DNA of 64,000 nucleotides from Candidatus Parvarchaeum sp. (GTDB lineage Archaea > Nanobdellota > Nanobdellia > Parvarchaeales > Parvarchaeaceae): assembly GCA_049965555.1 (NCBI GenBank), contig JBMFWF010000001.1:32001-96000 (forward strand), written 5' to 3'. A program made the position numbers and the translations under genes. The notes below the pieces were generated by a model. That model ran no database searches. It saw only the letters and a list, made by a program, of their open reading frames with translations, and was not told the origin of the DNA. Below, piece after piece: positions 27,127 through 37,008 of the stretch; within the stretch, counting starts at the first letter, position 1, and every line of letters begins with the position of its first letter.

Positions 27127-28011
27127 ATGAAATCATATATTTTTATGATTGGATTCAGCATAAAGAACTACGAGAAAGAGTTCGATACTCAGGAATTGGA
27201 AAAAAAGCATGTGTTCTATGACCTTTATATAAAAAGCGATGATCCACAGGTACTTAGGAACCAAGTATCAGAGTACATGACTGACATGGACTATAAGATA
27301 CTGCTCAATGAACTTGCGAAATTCGATGATAATGAACTTGAAGAGACCTTTAGAGGAGGAAATGTCAAACCCATAAGGGCGCTTATTAAAAGCGCAAAGG
27401 ACAATAAGAAAGGCTCGAAATACCCGATAGCATGGAAGACCTGCCTTATACTTGGAATAATCTTACTGGTAGTTCTCCTTGTTTCTTATAGGTCAAATAT
27501 ATACACAAATATAACTCATTTCAGTTATTCTGCTTCTGCACTTGTCCTTTATGGGATGATAGCATTTTTTGTATTATCACTTATGTTCTTTGAAATAAAG
27601 AAGATAGTGCCGATATTTCTTTGGGCAAAGATAATAGGAGTCTATGATCCAACTGAGGAATCGGCCAATGTAAGAGTAGTTTTAGCAGGAGACTGCAAAT
27701 TCAAGGATAAAGATTCATATTCTAAACTTGAAGGAGATATGACAGAGATGTATAGCGAACTTTCTAGAAAATACGGCAATAAATTGGACAAAAGACAGCT
27801 TGCAAACAGCGTTTCAAGCAGCCTTTCTATGGGTCCGCAGGGTTCCACAAAACTAAACAATAAATTAAGGGATATAGAAAAGGAATCGGCAGACTTGGAG
27901 AGAAATTTCGTTGCAGGCAAGATAAGTGAGGATGAATACAAGAAAATGAAAGCCCAAATAGAGGCTAAAAGACAACAGCTTGATACACTATTTGACTTAA
28001 TAAACGGTTGA
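27127..28011 (+). CDS. Hypothetical membrane protein (two TM helices) with a C-terminal SHOCT-like motif
   Basis: Two hydrophobic helices and C-terminal GKISEDEYKKMK; start is probably 27145. Confidence 0.7.
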   Translation: MKSYIFMIGFSIKNYEKEFDTQELEKKHVFYDLYIKSDDPQVLRNQVSEYMTDMDYKILLNELAKFDDNELEETFRGGNVKPIRALIKSAKDNKKGSKYPIAWKTCLILGIILLVVLLVSYRSNIYTNITHFSYSASALVLYGMIAFFVLSLMFFEIKKIVPIFLWAKIIGVYDPTEESANVRVVLAGDCKFKDKDSYSKLEGDMTEMYSELSRKYGNKLDKRQLANSVSSSLSMGPQGSTKLNNKLRDIEKESADLERNFVAGKISEDEYKKMKAQIEAKRQQLDTLFDLING

Positions 28012-28082
28012 AGGCATTCCCTTTAAAACGGTTTTTGACAGCGGCTTATTTTTTAGATAATTAATGATTAATATCTAGATTT

Positions 28083-28253
28083 TCACTTCTTAGAGGATGA
28101 TAACTCTTTCTTCCTAAGCTCATTCTTCAGCTGAGCGACTTTCTTCTTCAAATGCCTGTACTTACCAGCATCAGCTGGCTGGAGCCCCTGCGTCTTCTTT
28201 ATGTTCATTTTCAGAAGTTCCATTTCCAAGTCCTTCAGATTCTCTTCCATCAT
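28083..28253 (-). CDS. rpl29: 50S ribosomal protein L29 (short; missing from the ORF track)
   Basis: Manual translation MMEENLKDLEMELLKMNIKKTQGLQPADAGKYRHLKKKVAQLKNEL...; canonical position after rps3. Confidence 0.78.
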   Translation of the reverse strand: MMEENLKDLEMELLKMNIKKTQGLQPADAGKYRHLKKKVAQLKNELRKKELSSSKK

Positions 28254-28842
28254 TTATTTTCACTCCTCCTATGTTTTCAGTAGGCACGACAATTGTAACT
28301 TTTATACCTATCGAGCCCCTTTTTAGCACTAACTGTTTTTTTGCGCTTCTAACCCCGAAAAACTCGACCTGTCCGGTCTTTGGCATGACGCTACCTGTAG
28401 GCCTAAACTTAAAATGCGCTGCCCTCTCCTTTATAACCCCTCCTATCTCTATTTCTACTCCTTTCGCACCTGCAGCCATTATGCTATCCATCGCCTTGTG
28501 AGCAACTACTTTGTATTTCATTGGACCGTACTTGGCTATCTTAAAAGCTATTGAATCAGCGACTATTGCAGGGTCCAGATTCGGATTCTGTGAACCTTCA
28601 ACCTCTATTCTAGGGGATTCCTGATTGAAATATTCTCCAAGCTCCTTCGAGCTTTCCCTCAGTATCTGATTAGCTCTTGTTATTATTGCGCCTGGCTTTG
28701 GCGTTTTTATAACTATTTTCATGCCCAGAGGCGTTTTTTCTATCCTTATATCACTTATTCCAAATCTATTGAATTTCTTGAACAGGTATTCCCTAGCAGT
28801 CTCATCATTCACTTTGTTTGCGATTATCTTTTTTGGTAACAT
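28171..28842 (-). CDS. rps3: 30S ribosomal protein S3
   Basis: KTPLG...KPGAII, AGAKGVEI.IGG and GSIGIKVTI; operon position. Confidence 0.93.
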   Translation of the reverse strand: MLPKKIIANKVNDETAREYLFKKFNRFGISDIRIEKTPLGMKIVIKTPKPGAIITRANQILRESSKELGEYFNQESPRIEVEGSQNPNLDPAIVADSIAFKIAKYGPMKYKVVAHKAMDSIMAAGAKGVEIEIGGVIKERAAHFKFRPTGSVMPKTGQVEFFGVRSAKKQLVLKRGSIGIKVTIVVPTENIGGVKINDGRESEGLGNGTSENEHKEDAGAPAS

Positions 28843-28843
28843 A

Positions 28844-29428
28844 TCATTGCTCCGCCTTTAAATCATTGCTTTCTGTGCTTTTATTACTTTCTTGCTTTGA
28901 TTCTTCTTCTTTTTTCTCTTCTGCAGGCTTTTGCGCCTTTTTGTCTACAGCATCTTTTACAGATTCTTCGGCAGCAGAGCTCTCGACTTTGTTGTCTGTA
29001 CTGGCCTGCTTCTTCTCTGGTGCCTTCCTTTCCTGATCGACTAAGGAATAAATAGTTAGATTTGTGCGTTTCCCGTGTCTATAAACGGTTCCGCTTGAAA
29101 ACCTTGGATATCCTCCCCTTCCAAGAGAGTAACTACTTATCACTATCTTTGATTCATCTAACCCCATATTCTTTGCATTCGCTTTTAATTCTTCAAGCAT
29201 TGAAATAACCTGCTTAGTTGCTTTCTGAGGGTAACCGGCTGGCACACCATGTTTGTGCCCTTTGCTTGGATATTTTCTGAATGGTATATAAGCCTCCTTT
29301 GCCAATACTTTTTTAAGTAGAGAGTTTGCCTTTGAAATCTGTTTGCCCTTAACTGCCTCCATTATCTCATGTGTATGCTTCAATGAGATAGGCATTCCTT
29401 CCCTTTTGACCTGTACTTTAGTTACCAT
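28844..29428 (-). CDS. rpl22: 50S ribosomal protein L22 with a charged C-terminal tail
   Basis: ISLKH..EI, IPFRKY, GYPQKA and ANA...GLD. Confidence 0.92.
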   Translation of the reverse strand: MVTKVQVKREGMPISLKHTHEIMEAVKGKQISKANSLLKKVLAKEAYIPFRKYPSKGHKHGVPAGYPQKATKQVISMLEELKANAKNMGLDESKIVISSYSLGRGGYPRFSSGTVYRHGKRTNLTIYSLVDQERKAPEKKQASTDNKVESSAAEESVKDAVDKKAQKPAEEKKEEESKQESNKSTESNDLKAEQ

Positions 29429-29430
29429 AT

Positions 29431-29817
29431 TTACTTAATAGGAACAAATCCGCTTGAACGTGTAGCTTTCATACCTGGCGAACCGTGCTTCACTTGTTTT
29501 GTTGTGAGAGCGAACTCTCCCAAACGATGAAAAACCATCGATGGTTTTATTTCCACCGGCACAAACTCCTTACCGTTGTGCACATGTATTGTAAGTCCGA
29601 CAAAGTCCGGAAGTATGAACATCTCTCTCATGTGTGTCTTAATCGCTTTTGACTTTGCTGCCTTCTTTTTCATGTTAGCTAGAAATGCCTTCTCTTCAGG
29701 CGAGAAACCCCTTTTCATTGCCCTTCTAAAATCGGCATTTGCTATTTTTACAAGGTCTTCGCTTGACATCTTTTTAAGCTCTTCTATGCTTTTTCCTCTA
29801 AATTTATACTCTTCCAT
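29431..29817 (-). CDS. rps19: 30S ribosomal protein S19
   Basis: FRGK, KTH.R, VHNGKEF, LGEFALT and ATRSS.FVPIK. Confidence 0.96.
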   Translation of the reverse strand: MEEYKFRGKSIEELKKMSSEDLVKIANADFRRAMKRGFSPEEKAFLANMKKKAAKSKAIKTHMREMFILPDFVGLTIHVHNGKEFVPVEIKPSMVFHRLGEFALTTKQVKHGSPGMKATRSSGFVPIK

Positions 29818-30518
29818 TATCTTACACCTGTCCTCTTAGGGGCAATCGCTCCCACTTTTGCTCCTGGAGGAGAATTCCTAGCGGAGCTTTTAGACTTATG
29901 CTGTGTACTCCTTCTCTTTCCTCCGAATTTATGCTCATAAGCATTCATTGCAACAGCAGCATTCATAGGCCAGTATCTGCTTCTGGCTTTTATAAGATGA
30001 TACTTATTTCCTGCCTTATAAAACGGCTTTTCTTTTCTCCCGGCATTAGCTATCTTGCCTACAATTGCTCGGCAGTCCTGCTTTAATCGAAGAATCTTTC
30101 CGCTTGAAAGCGAAATAGCAACTTCCTCTCCAGTGTTTTCCATTATCCTTGCACTGTTTCCGCCCGCTCTTATAAGTTTTCCCCCATCTCCTGCCTTCAA
30201 TTCAATGTTGTAAACATTTGTTCCCGTTGGGATGTCGCCAAGCCTCAAAACTGAACCGTCTTTTATGCTATCTGTTTTCATGTAAGGGATTATAAGGCCT
30301 TCGTATGCACCAACAAAAGCAGGCAAAAAAGATTTTGAGCCATTCTCAAATTTTATTTCCATTAAAGGTGCAGTCCTGTATGGATCATGGATAAGCTTTG
30401 TTACCCTCGCATTCATTGGCTCAAGCGAGTTAGGAAGCTTTACCTTTCCTATAGCCTTGAAATCGTTGACTCTGAAAACTCTGCTCTTTCCCCTTCTTCT
30501 CGACCTTGGTACTTTCAT
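29817..30518 (-). CDS. rpl2: 50S ribosomal protein L2
   Basis: [36 protein letters not shown] and PPGAKVG.IAPKRTG. Confidence 0.96.
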   Translation of the reverse strand: MKVPRSRRRGKSRVFRVNDFKAIGKVKLPNSLEPMNARVTKLIHDPYRTAPLMEIKFENGSKSFLPAFVGAYEGLIIPYMKTDSIKDGSVLRLGDIPTGTNVYNIELKAGDGGKLIRAGGNSARIMENTGEEVAISLSSGKILRLKQDCRAIVGKIANAGRKEKPFYKAGNKYHLIKARSRYWPMNAAVAMNAYEHKFGGKRRSTQHKSKSSARNSPPGAKVGAIAPKRTGVR

Positions 30519-30623
30519 AATTTCGAAATTATACTCTTTACTTATGTTTTTTACCTTTATATATATTTTTATGCCGGATAAAAACGAAATATAATAAAAG
30601 GTAAGGTGTTTTATTCTTTAATA

Positions 30624-31277
30624 ATGAAAAATAATGCATTAAAGCTTTTCGGAAGCGAGATAATCCAAGAATCTAAAGGATTTGCAAGCCTTTGCAAAAC
30701 TGGAAGAAGGTGGGAAGGAAAAGCGATTTTAGTAGTTCTCGATGCTTGCCTTGATAGCACGGGTCTAAACTATTTTACAGTAGTTGTGCCAAAAGTAAAT
30801 TATTTTCGGGAAAAGTATGTAAAAACAGGCATCGTATCAAAATGCAGAGATTTTAAAAAGATGGACGAAAAAGAGTTGCTGTCTATCTTTAGGAATAAAA
30901 GAGTATGGGGTGCAATGAAAGCGATATGCGAATTTATAGCGGAAAGAAGCGGATCTGGAAATGAAATGATAACGCTTAAAAAATGGGCTGAGAATGCCGA
31001 TCCTTTTAACTTTAAAAAAGACGAAATAGGCAGTGTAAAAGGCGTTGGCATAAACACGTTCCAATATCTAAGAATTCAGAGCGGGGTAGATGCTATAATG
31101 CCAGATAAGATAATAATGAAATGGATAAGCAGTAACTTTAGAACCGTTAAAACGCCATATGAATGCATATCAGAAGGGGAAAGGATAAGCGAGGCCCTGG
31201 GCATGAGTAGAACGGAGCTATGCTGGGCCATCTGGATAAAGGAAAGCGGCGAATTAAAGCGCATAAAAGTAGAATAA
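30624..31277 (+). CDS. Hypothetical protein with a HhH motif (HhH-GPD DNA glycosylase-like fold)
   Basis: IGSVKGVGINTFQYLR...GVD.IMPD (helix-hairpin-helix followed by an Asp); ATG at 30624. Confidence 0.6.
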   Translation: MKNNALKLFGSEIIQESKGFASLCKTGRRWEGKAILVVLDACLDSTGLNYFTVVVPKVNYFREKYVKTGIVSKCRDFKKMDEKELLSIFRNKRVWGAMKAICEFIAERSGSGNEMITLKKWAENADPFNFKKDEIGSVKGVGINTFQYLRIQSGVDAIMPDKIIMKWISSNFRTVKTPYECISEGERISEALGMSRTELCWAIWIKESGELKRIKVE

Positions 31278-31311
31278 AAACGTATATAAAACAGCAAAAA
31301 CTTTTTCTCTT

Positions 31312-31590
31312 ATGGACATAAATAAGGTGAATTTCATAAAAAAATCGTTTATAAACTTTGAAGGCAAAACCGAGAAACTCCTAATATATAGAGAGAGCGG
31401 TGAAAGCAATTTCCATTTCGTTTTCAAATGTCCAAAATGTGGAAAAGAAAATGATTTTGAATCAGAATTAAAAACAGAGAAAGTAAGAGAAGATGGAAAA
31501 ATGAAAGAGAAATATGTTTTTAATTGCAGCAAATGCGGACAGGCTTATTCTGTAGAAAGGTTGAAGCCTCCACGCGTGCGCTCAAAATAA
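31312..31590 (+). CDS. Small zinc-ribbon protein
   Basis: CPKC...CSKC; 1-nt gap to the downstream ksgA gene. Confidence 0.75.
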   Translation: MDINKVNFIKKSFINFEGKTEKLLIYRESGESNFHFVFKCPKCGKENDFESELKTEKVREDGKMKEKYVFNCSKCGQAYSVERLKPPRVRSK

Positions 31591-31591
31591 T

Positions 31592-32383
31592 ATGAGCCAA
31601 CTAAGAGATACAATAATCAAGCTTGTCGATGATTATAAAATAAAAAGCAGCAACGAAAACGGGCAGAATTTTCTTGTAGATGATGAAGTGCTAAATGAGG
31701 AAGTAAAGCAGGGAGAATTAAAGCCTTCTGATGTTGTTTTAGACATAGGTGCTGGTTTCGGAAGCATAGAAACGCTAGTAAGCAAAAAATGCAGAATCAT
31801 AGCAATAGAGAAGGAGATAAAATGCTATTCTTATTTAATTGATAAATATGAGATAGACCCAAATGTGCAGATAATAAATGCAGACGCCTTGGAAATAATA
31901 TACCCTAAGTTCAATAAAGTGATATCAAACCCCCCTTATAATATTTCAGACAGGATTCTTAACAAACTTTCTTTCTACGATTTTGAATTTGGTGTCATGA
32001 TACTTCCAAACACAATAGCAAAACAGCTTTTATCAAAAGAAAGCAGCACGAAATTCTCTGCAATACAAAAGATCTTTTTTGAATTTAATGAAATAAAGGA
32101 AGTAAAAAAAGAAGCATTTTACCCGGTTCCGAGGGTAACAAGCAGGATGGTAAAGATTACAAAAAAGCAAAACGACATTTTTCAGGAGATATTCAGAAGG
32201 AAAGAGATGCTGCTGAAAAATGCTTTTATTAACGGAAAGATAGCACTTGATTACAAGACAAAGAGAGAAAGTAAGCAGGAATTCCAGGAATTACCGGATA
32301 AAATTAAATCGCTCGGGAACAAACAAGTAAATGAAATGACTTTGAATGAAATAAATGAATTGATAAGATACCTAAATCATTGA
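31592..32383 (+). CDS. ksgA: 16S rRNA adenine dimethyltransferase KsgA/Dim1
   Basis: GQNFLVD, LDIGAG.G, SNPPYNIS and F.PVPRV.S. Confidence 0.92.
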   Translation: MSQLRDTIIKLVDDYKIKSSNENGQNFLVDDEVLNEEVKQGELKPSDVVLDIGAGFGSIETLVSKKCRIIAIEKEIKCYSYLIDKYEIDPNVQIINADALEIIYPKFNKVISNPPYNISDRILNKLSFYDFEFGVMILPNTIAKQLLSKESSTKFSAIQKIFFEFNEIKEVKKEAFYPVPRVTSRMVKITKKQNDIFQEIFRRKEMLLKNAFINGKIALDYKTKRESKQEFQELPDKIKSLGNKQVNEMTLNEINELIRYLNH

Positions 32384-35300
32384 GCCTTCTGCTCCGGCAT
32401 CTTTACGCTAACTACCCTGCTTATGCCTTCATCATTCATTGTAACGCCGTAGATTACATCTGCATTTATAAGAGTAGTTTCGTTGTGGGATATTATTATG
32501 AACTGAGAGGATGCGGAATAAGCCTTTACCAAAGCTGAGAAATTTCCAGCGTTTATTGCATCCAAAGCCGCATCGACTTCATCCAAAACATAGAAAACTG
32601 CTTCCGTATACTTTGAAAGAGCCATTATTAATGAAATCGCAAGAACTGAAAGTTCTCCGCCGCTTAATCCCCTTATATTTCTAACCCTCTTGTTGGGAAG
32701 TTCCACAGATATGTCTAATCCTGATGAAAAAACATTGTTTGGATCCTCGGGTACAAGCTCTGCCTTTCCTTTTGTTATTGAATTGAAGACCTTTGTAAAA
32801 ATAGAATTTATGTCAGACAGTGTCTTCATGAAAGACTCCAGTTTCTTTTGTTCTATTTCTGAAATTACAGACAGTATTCTGTTTCTTTCATCGTTCAATT
32901 TCTCAAGCTTGACATTGAACTCCTCATATTGCTGTTGAGTCTCCATAAATGTCTTGAGTGCAAGCTCGTTTATTGGGCCAAAGGAGTTTATCTTAGAATT
33001 TAAAGAGTTTATTTCCTTAGTTATCTTCTCCAGAGTTTCTCCTTCTTCTATCTTAACCCCCTCTATCCTGTATTTTTTGTATTCTTCCTCTGCTGTTTCG
33101 AATTTTACCCTGGATCCTGCCTCTTTAACTTTCAAAGCATTTATCTCCTCTGCGATTTTCTGTGAACTGCTGTATATCGCTTCCCTTTGCTTCTGAAGAC
33201 TGCTAAGTTCATTCAAAAGCTCACTTCTTCTCTTTCTAAGCATGCTCAGACTATTTGACTTATTGGAAAGTTCTTTTCTAGCTTTATCATAATTTTCCTG
33301 CGTGTCCTTTATTGCATTCTCTACATCTTCTATCTCCTTTTCAAACCTTTCTCTCTCCTTGTTAAGCTGGGAAAACCTCTTTTCTAGATTGTTTATCTCC
33401 GACATAAGAACTGCTGACAACTTATTTCCTGAAGTAGCAACTTTTACTTGCAAGTCATTGACTTCCCTCTCAAGTGCCTCTATTTCTTTTCTGTGGTCTA
33501 CTATCTCTGGTTTGTTCTTATCCAACTCCTCTAGCTTTGATTTCAAGTCCAAATTTTCATTCTCAAGCAAACGTATGCTTTCTGAGATATCAGATTCTGT
33601 GCCAGTGAATTTTGACTTTTCCTGGAGTATCTTAGATATCTTACCTTTTGTTTCATCCAATGTTTTCTGCCTTATTTTTATCTCAGTCATTAGAGAATTC
33701 AAAGTGGATTCTTTCTCTATTAATTCCTCGTCATACTTTTCCTTAAGTTTTGAATGCTCATTTATTTGGGTGTTTATTTCAGCGATCTTCTTATTGACGT
33801 TTAATATATTCGGCATGTCAAAATGCCCGCCTGATACTGTTCCAGTTTTTTCGAATACGGTGCCGTCCGGCAAGACCATTCTGTACTGGTGCATAAGCTG
33901 CTTTGCTGAATCAAAGTCTTTTACTAACACTGTGTCGCCGAAGACAAATTTCATTGCTGGCTCCAAATTTTGATTGAAATTGACAAGGTTTATTATGTAA
34001 TCTATTATCCTTGAATCATTAAGCTTGCCGAAGCTGTATCCGCTTTTAACAGTGGTTAAAGGTATGAAAGTGTAGAAACCCAGTTTTTCAGTTTTAAGCT
34101 TCTCTATGCACTGCCTTGCAGTTTCCTCATCCTCAACTACTATGAAGTCGCTTCTTCTCCCTATTGACCTTAGAACAGGGGTGGAGTACTCTTCATTTTT
34201 CAGTGAAAAAAGCTCTGACACTAATCCATAGATTCCCTTTATTTCCTTCTTCAGCCTGTTGACTACTTCAACGGCTCTGTTCTGCGAAGACAAAGAATTT
34301 CTCTGGTTAAGCAGATTCTCCCTCAATAGGTATATTGAATCGGCCTCTCTTTTAGATTGGGCCTTCAACTTGTCGATTTCCGGTTTTAATGACGAGAAAG
34401 ACAGCGTCATCTCCTTTATGGCCTTTTCAAGGTCATTTTTAGTTGAATCCAAGCTAGAAAGCTCTTCCTGAAGCTCTGCAATTTTAGGATAGTTTGCCAG
34501 AGCGACTTTCTGTTCATATATCTTTTTGTCTATGTCATATATCTTTTTTTCAAGCGATTCTTTTGTTTTAAGATAACTCTGCGTCTTAGATTCGCTTTCT
34601 ATAAGGGAAAGCTTTCTTGAATTCAAAGCAGCGATTCTTTCCTCAAGTTTTTTCTTTTCTTCCTCCTCCTCTTTTATCTGCTTTTTTAGTTCTTCCTGCG
34701 ACTTTGAAAGCTCTTCTATTGACAAAACAATGTTGTTTAACTGTTCATTGTCATTCTTAAGCACTGCGGCCAGCCTTGCAAGCTCAGAATCAAATTCCTT
34801 TGTCTTTTTTTCTGCCTCCAGTATCTCCTTTTCCCCTTCTGCTTCAGCCTTAGTGTTTATAGCTTCAACTTCCTCGTTTATCTTTTTTACTTTATCATTC
34901 AATTCCGAAATCTTGGCAGAAAGTTCTTCATTCCCTTTCTCTGCTTCCTTAAGTTTTCCAAGTATTTCCTGTAATTCTGAATCTGCCGCGTCTCTTTTGA
35001 TCATTGACTGCTTTGAAAGAAGAGTGGCATATCTGCTTTTAAGCTCCTGAAACTCCACTGCTCTGCTCTTTTCTTTTTCCAGTTGAGCCATCAATTTTCG
35101 CTTTTCATTCAATACTGTTTCTATTTTTGATATGTTATCTTCTACTTTCTTCATCTCGTTCATTGCCTTGCTTTTTTTGTCTTCAAATACACTTATGCCT
35201 GATATGTCGTTTATCAGGCTTAGCCTGTCTTCATTTGAAGTACCGACGACCTCCAGTATCCTCCCCTGTGGGATTATATTAAATCCATCTTGTCTGAATT

Positions 35301-35700
35301 TTACAAGCGCAAGAACGTTTAGTACTTCTTCTCTTGTAGATGCCTTTCCATTTATCCTGTAAATGCTCTTCCCATTCTTGTCTACCTTTCTGCTAATTGA
35401 CACCTCGCTCTCTTCTATTCCGCGGAACTCCTTCTTTGAATTATCCAGTATTACATTTACTTTTGCATGCTCTGCTTGCCTTCCATTTTTTCCTCCATTA
35501 AATATAAGATCTGTAAGAAGATCAGAACGCATTTCTTTCTTTGATGACCCGCCAAAAACGAAAAGAAGTGCATCGATTATATTGCTTTTTCCGGAGCCGT
35601 TAGCGCCTGCTATGGCATTAAAACCATTTACAAAATCGAACTTGACATGTCCAGCAAACGATTTAAAATTATCGAGTTCTACTTCTTTTATATAAGTCAT
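32377..35700 (-). CDS. smc: Chromosome segregation ATPase Smc
   Basis: FKSF, GANGSGKSN, Q-loop PQG, hinge, LSGGE and DEVDAALD, with long coiled coils. Confidence 0.96.
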   Translation of the reverse strand: MTYIKEVELDNFKSFAGHVKFDFVNGFNAIAGANGSGKSNIIDALLFVFGGSSKKEMRSDLLTDLIFNGGKNGRQAEHAKVNVILDNSKKEFRGIEESEVSISRKVDKNGKSIYRINGKASTREEVLNVLALVKFRQDGFNIIPQGRILEVVGTSNEDRLSLINDISGISVFEDKKSKAMNEMKKVEDNISKIETVLNEKRKLMAQLEKEKSRAVEFQELKSRYATLLSKQSMIKRDAADSELQEILGKLKEAEKGNEELSAKISELNDKVKKINEEVEAINTKAEAEGEKEILEAEKKTKEFDSELARLAAVLKNDNEQLNNIVLSIEELSKSQEELKKQIKEEEEEKKKLEERIAALNSRKLSLIESESKTQSYLKTKESLEKKIYDIDKKIYEQKVALANYPKIAELQEELSSLDSTKNDLEKAIKEMTLSFSSLKPEIDKLKAQSKREADSIYLLRENLLNQRNSLSSQNRAVEVVNRLKKEIKGIYGLVSELFSLKNEEYSTPVLRSIGRRSDFIVVEDEETARQCIEKLKTEKLGFYTFIPLTTVKSGYSFGKLNDSRIIDYIINLVNFNQNLEPAMKFVFGDTVLVKDFDSAKQLMHQYRMVLPDGTVFEKTGTVSGGHFDMPNILNVNKKIAEINTQINEHSKLKEKYDEELIEKESTLNSLMTEIKIRQKTLDETKGKISKILQEKSKFTGTESDISESIRLLENENLDLKSKLEELDKNKPEIVDHRKEIEALEREVNDLQVKVATSGNKLSAVLMSEINNLEKRFSQLNKERERFEKEIEDVENAIKDTQENYDKARKELSNKSNSLSMLRKRRSELLNELSSLQKQREAIYSSSQKIAEEINALKVKEAGSRVKFETAEEEYKKYRIEGVKIEEGETLEKITKEINSLNSKINSFGPINELALKTFMETQQQYEEFNVKLEKLNDERNRILSVISEIEQKKLESFMKTLSDINSIFTKVFNSITKGKAELVPEDPNNVFSSGLDISVELPNKRVRNIRGLSGGELSVLAISLIMALSKYTEAVFYVLDEVDAALDAINAGNFSALVKAYSASSQFIIISHNETTLINADVIYGVTMNDEGISRVVSVKMPEQKAQ

Positions 35701-35758
35701 ATTTAACTATCTAAAAAAAGTTTTAATATTAAATGCTAACTATTTTTAAGCGGCAGGA

Positions 35759-36562
35759 TCAACCTACTACATGTGAGGATACCAATTTTTTGATCTTTTC
35801 TGGCAAGTATTTGCCCTTTATATGAAGCACTACCTCATTGCTTGGATGCGTCTCGCTCTCGTTTTCAGTGAATATGAATATTTCATTCCCGTCTACTATA
35901 ACGAACCTACCTATATCTAAATCCGTCTTGTTCAGTTTCCCAAACTGCTTTATCTCGTTTAACAGTGTTTCATTAACGTCCTTCACAGGTGCATAAACAT
36001 GTACAGTTACATTATTGGCTTTTGCCTTCTTAAGCGCTCTGCCTAAAGCATTTATCTTCTTTTCTAGAGACTGTTCAGTTGTTATCAATACTATTTCTCC
36101 CTTGGCCGAGCCTATGCTTTTCTTTATCCTAAAGTAGATATTATCCAATCCTTGATAGGAATTTGCAACCTTCCCTTCATCTACATACTTTATCCCCTTA
36201 TTATAAAGATTTTGAAGATCATTTAACATTGTACTGTCTTTCAATTTGTTTAGCTTATCTAGCTTTTGATTCAGCGATTCCTTTGCCTTCTCTTCCAGCT
36301 TTTCTATTAGCTCATTCGGAGGAATAGCCCTGTAGCTTATGGGTTTACTTAAGTCCCTTACTATAAACCCGCCATTTTCCAGCGAAACGAGGATATCGTA
36401 AGCTCTAGATTTTGGAATGTTAGCTATCTCGCTTAGTTTACCGGATGTGGACTTGCCCTGCGAAAGCAAGGCTAGCCATACTTTTGCCTCGTATAGATTT
36501 AATCCGAACATTCTTCTTATTTTAGCTATATAATCTTCACTGAAAGACAACGCCATAATCAA
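35759..36562 (-). CDS. TrmB family (TrmBL2-like) DNA-binding protein
   Basis: FGLNLYEAKVW.ALL, IPKSRAYDIL.SL..GF wHTH and a C-terminal PLD-like domain; Shine-Dalgarno suggests a start at 36556. Confidence 0.88.
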   Translation of the reverse strand: MIMALSFSEDYIAKIRRMFGLNLYEAKVWLALLSQGKSTSGKLSEIANIPKSRAYDILVSLENGGFIVRDLSKPISYRAIPPNELIEKLEEKAKESLNQKLDKLNKLKDSTMLNDLQNLYNKGIKYVDEGKVANSYQGLDNIYFRIKKSIGSAKGEIVLITTEQSLEKKINALGRALKKAKANNVTVHVYAPVKDVNETLLNEIKQFGKLNKTDLDIGRFVIVDGNEIFIFTENESETHPSNEVVLHIKGKYLPEKIKKLVSSHVVG

Positions 36563-36654
36563 TCACCTACACAATACTTAGCAATAAACAAGTATATAAA
36601 TCTTTCTTTTTCACCAAAAATAAAAGTAAAAAATAAAAAAATTTAAAATAATCC

Positions 36655-36915
36655 TTATACTTTTACCCTAAATACCCACATCGAAAAGGAGAATACAATT
36701 ATTCCAAGTATTACTTCGAATAACGGGTATATATAAGCCGATGGAGGCGTTGTAACGGTCTTATAGAAATATCCGCTAAGAACCGCTGACGAAAGGATAG
36801 ACGTCAAACCAAGTACTATCAGGACCAATCCAAATCCGAATAGAATCAGTCCTATGGCTGCATCCACCGCTCTTTTCTCCTCGTCGACAAACTTTAAATT
36901 GTCTTTTGCTTTCAT
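36655..36915 (-). CDS. Small two-TM membrane protein
   Basis: Two hydrophobic helices; TATA-like element upstream. Confidence 0.7.
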   Translation of the reverse strand: MKAKDNLKFVDEEKRAVDAAIGLILFGFGLVLIVLGLTSILSSAVLSGYFYKTVTTPPSAYIYPLFEVILGIIVFSFSMWVFRVKV

Positions 36916-37008
36916 AATAGGTTAAAGTTTTTGTCATTTAAAAGCTTTTTTTAATAAAGAAGGAGGAATATTACTTAACAATAAATACTTTAAGAGCATA
37001 ATAAAAGT

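Noticed and set aside
32690-35695. Long antisense ORFs opposite smc, and similar ones opposite cdc48, atp, leuS and nuo genes
   Set aside because: Ser/Phe/Leu-rich shadow frames expected opposite Lys/Glu-rich genes; no motifs or independent start signals.
32377-35700. Smc as Rad50/SbcC or a Wadjet (JetC) defence ATPase
   Set aside because: It has a canonical SMC hinge, no Zn hook, nearby ScpA and ScpB, and no JetD/Toprim nuclease.
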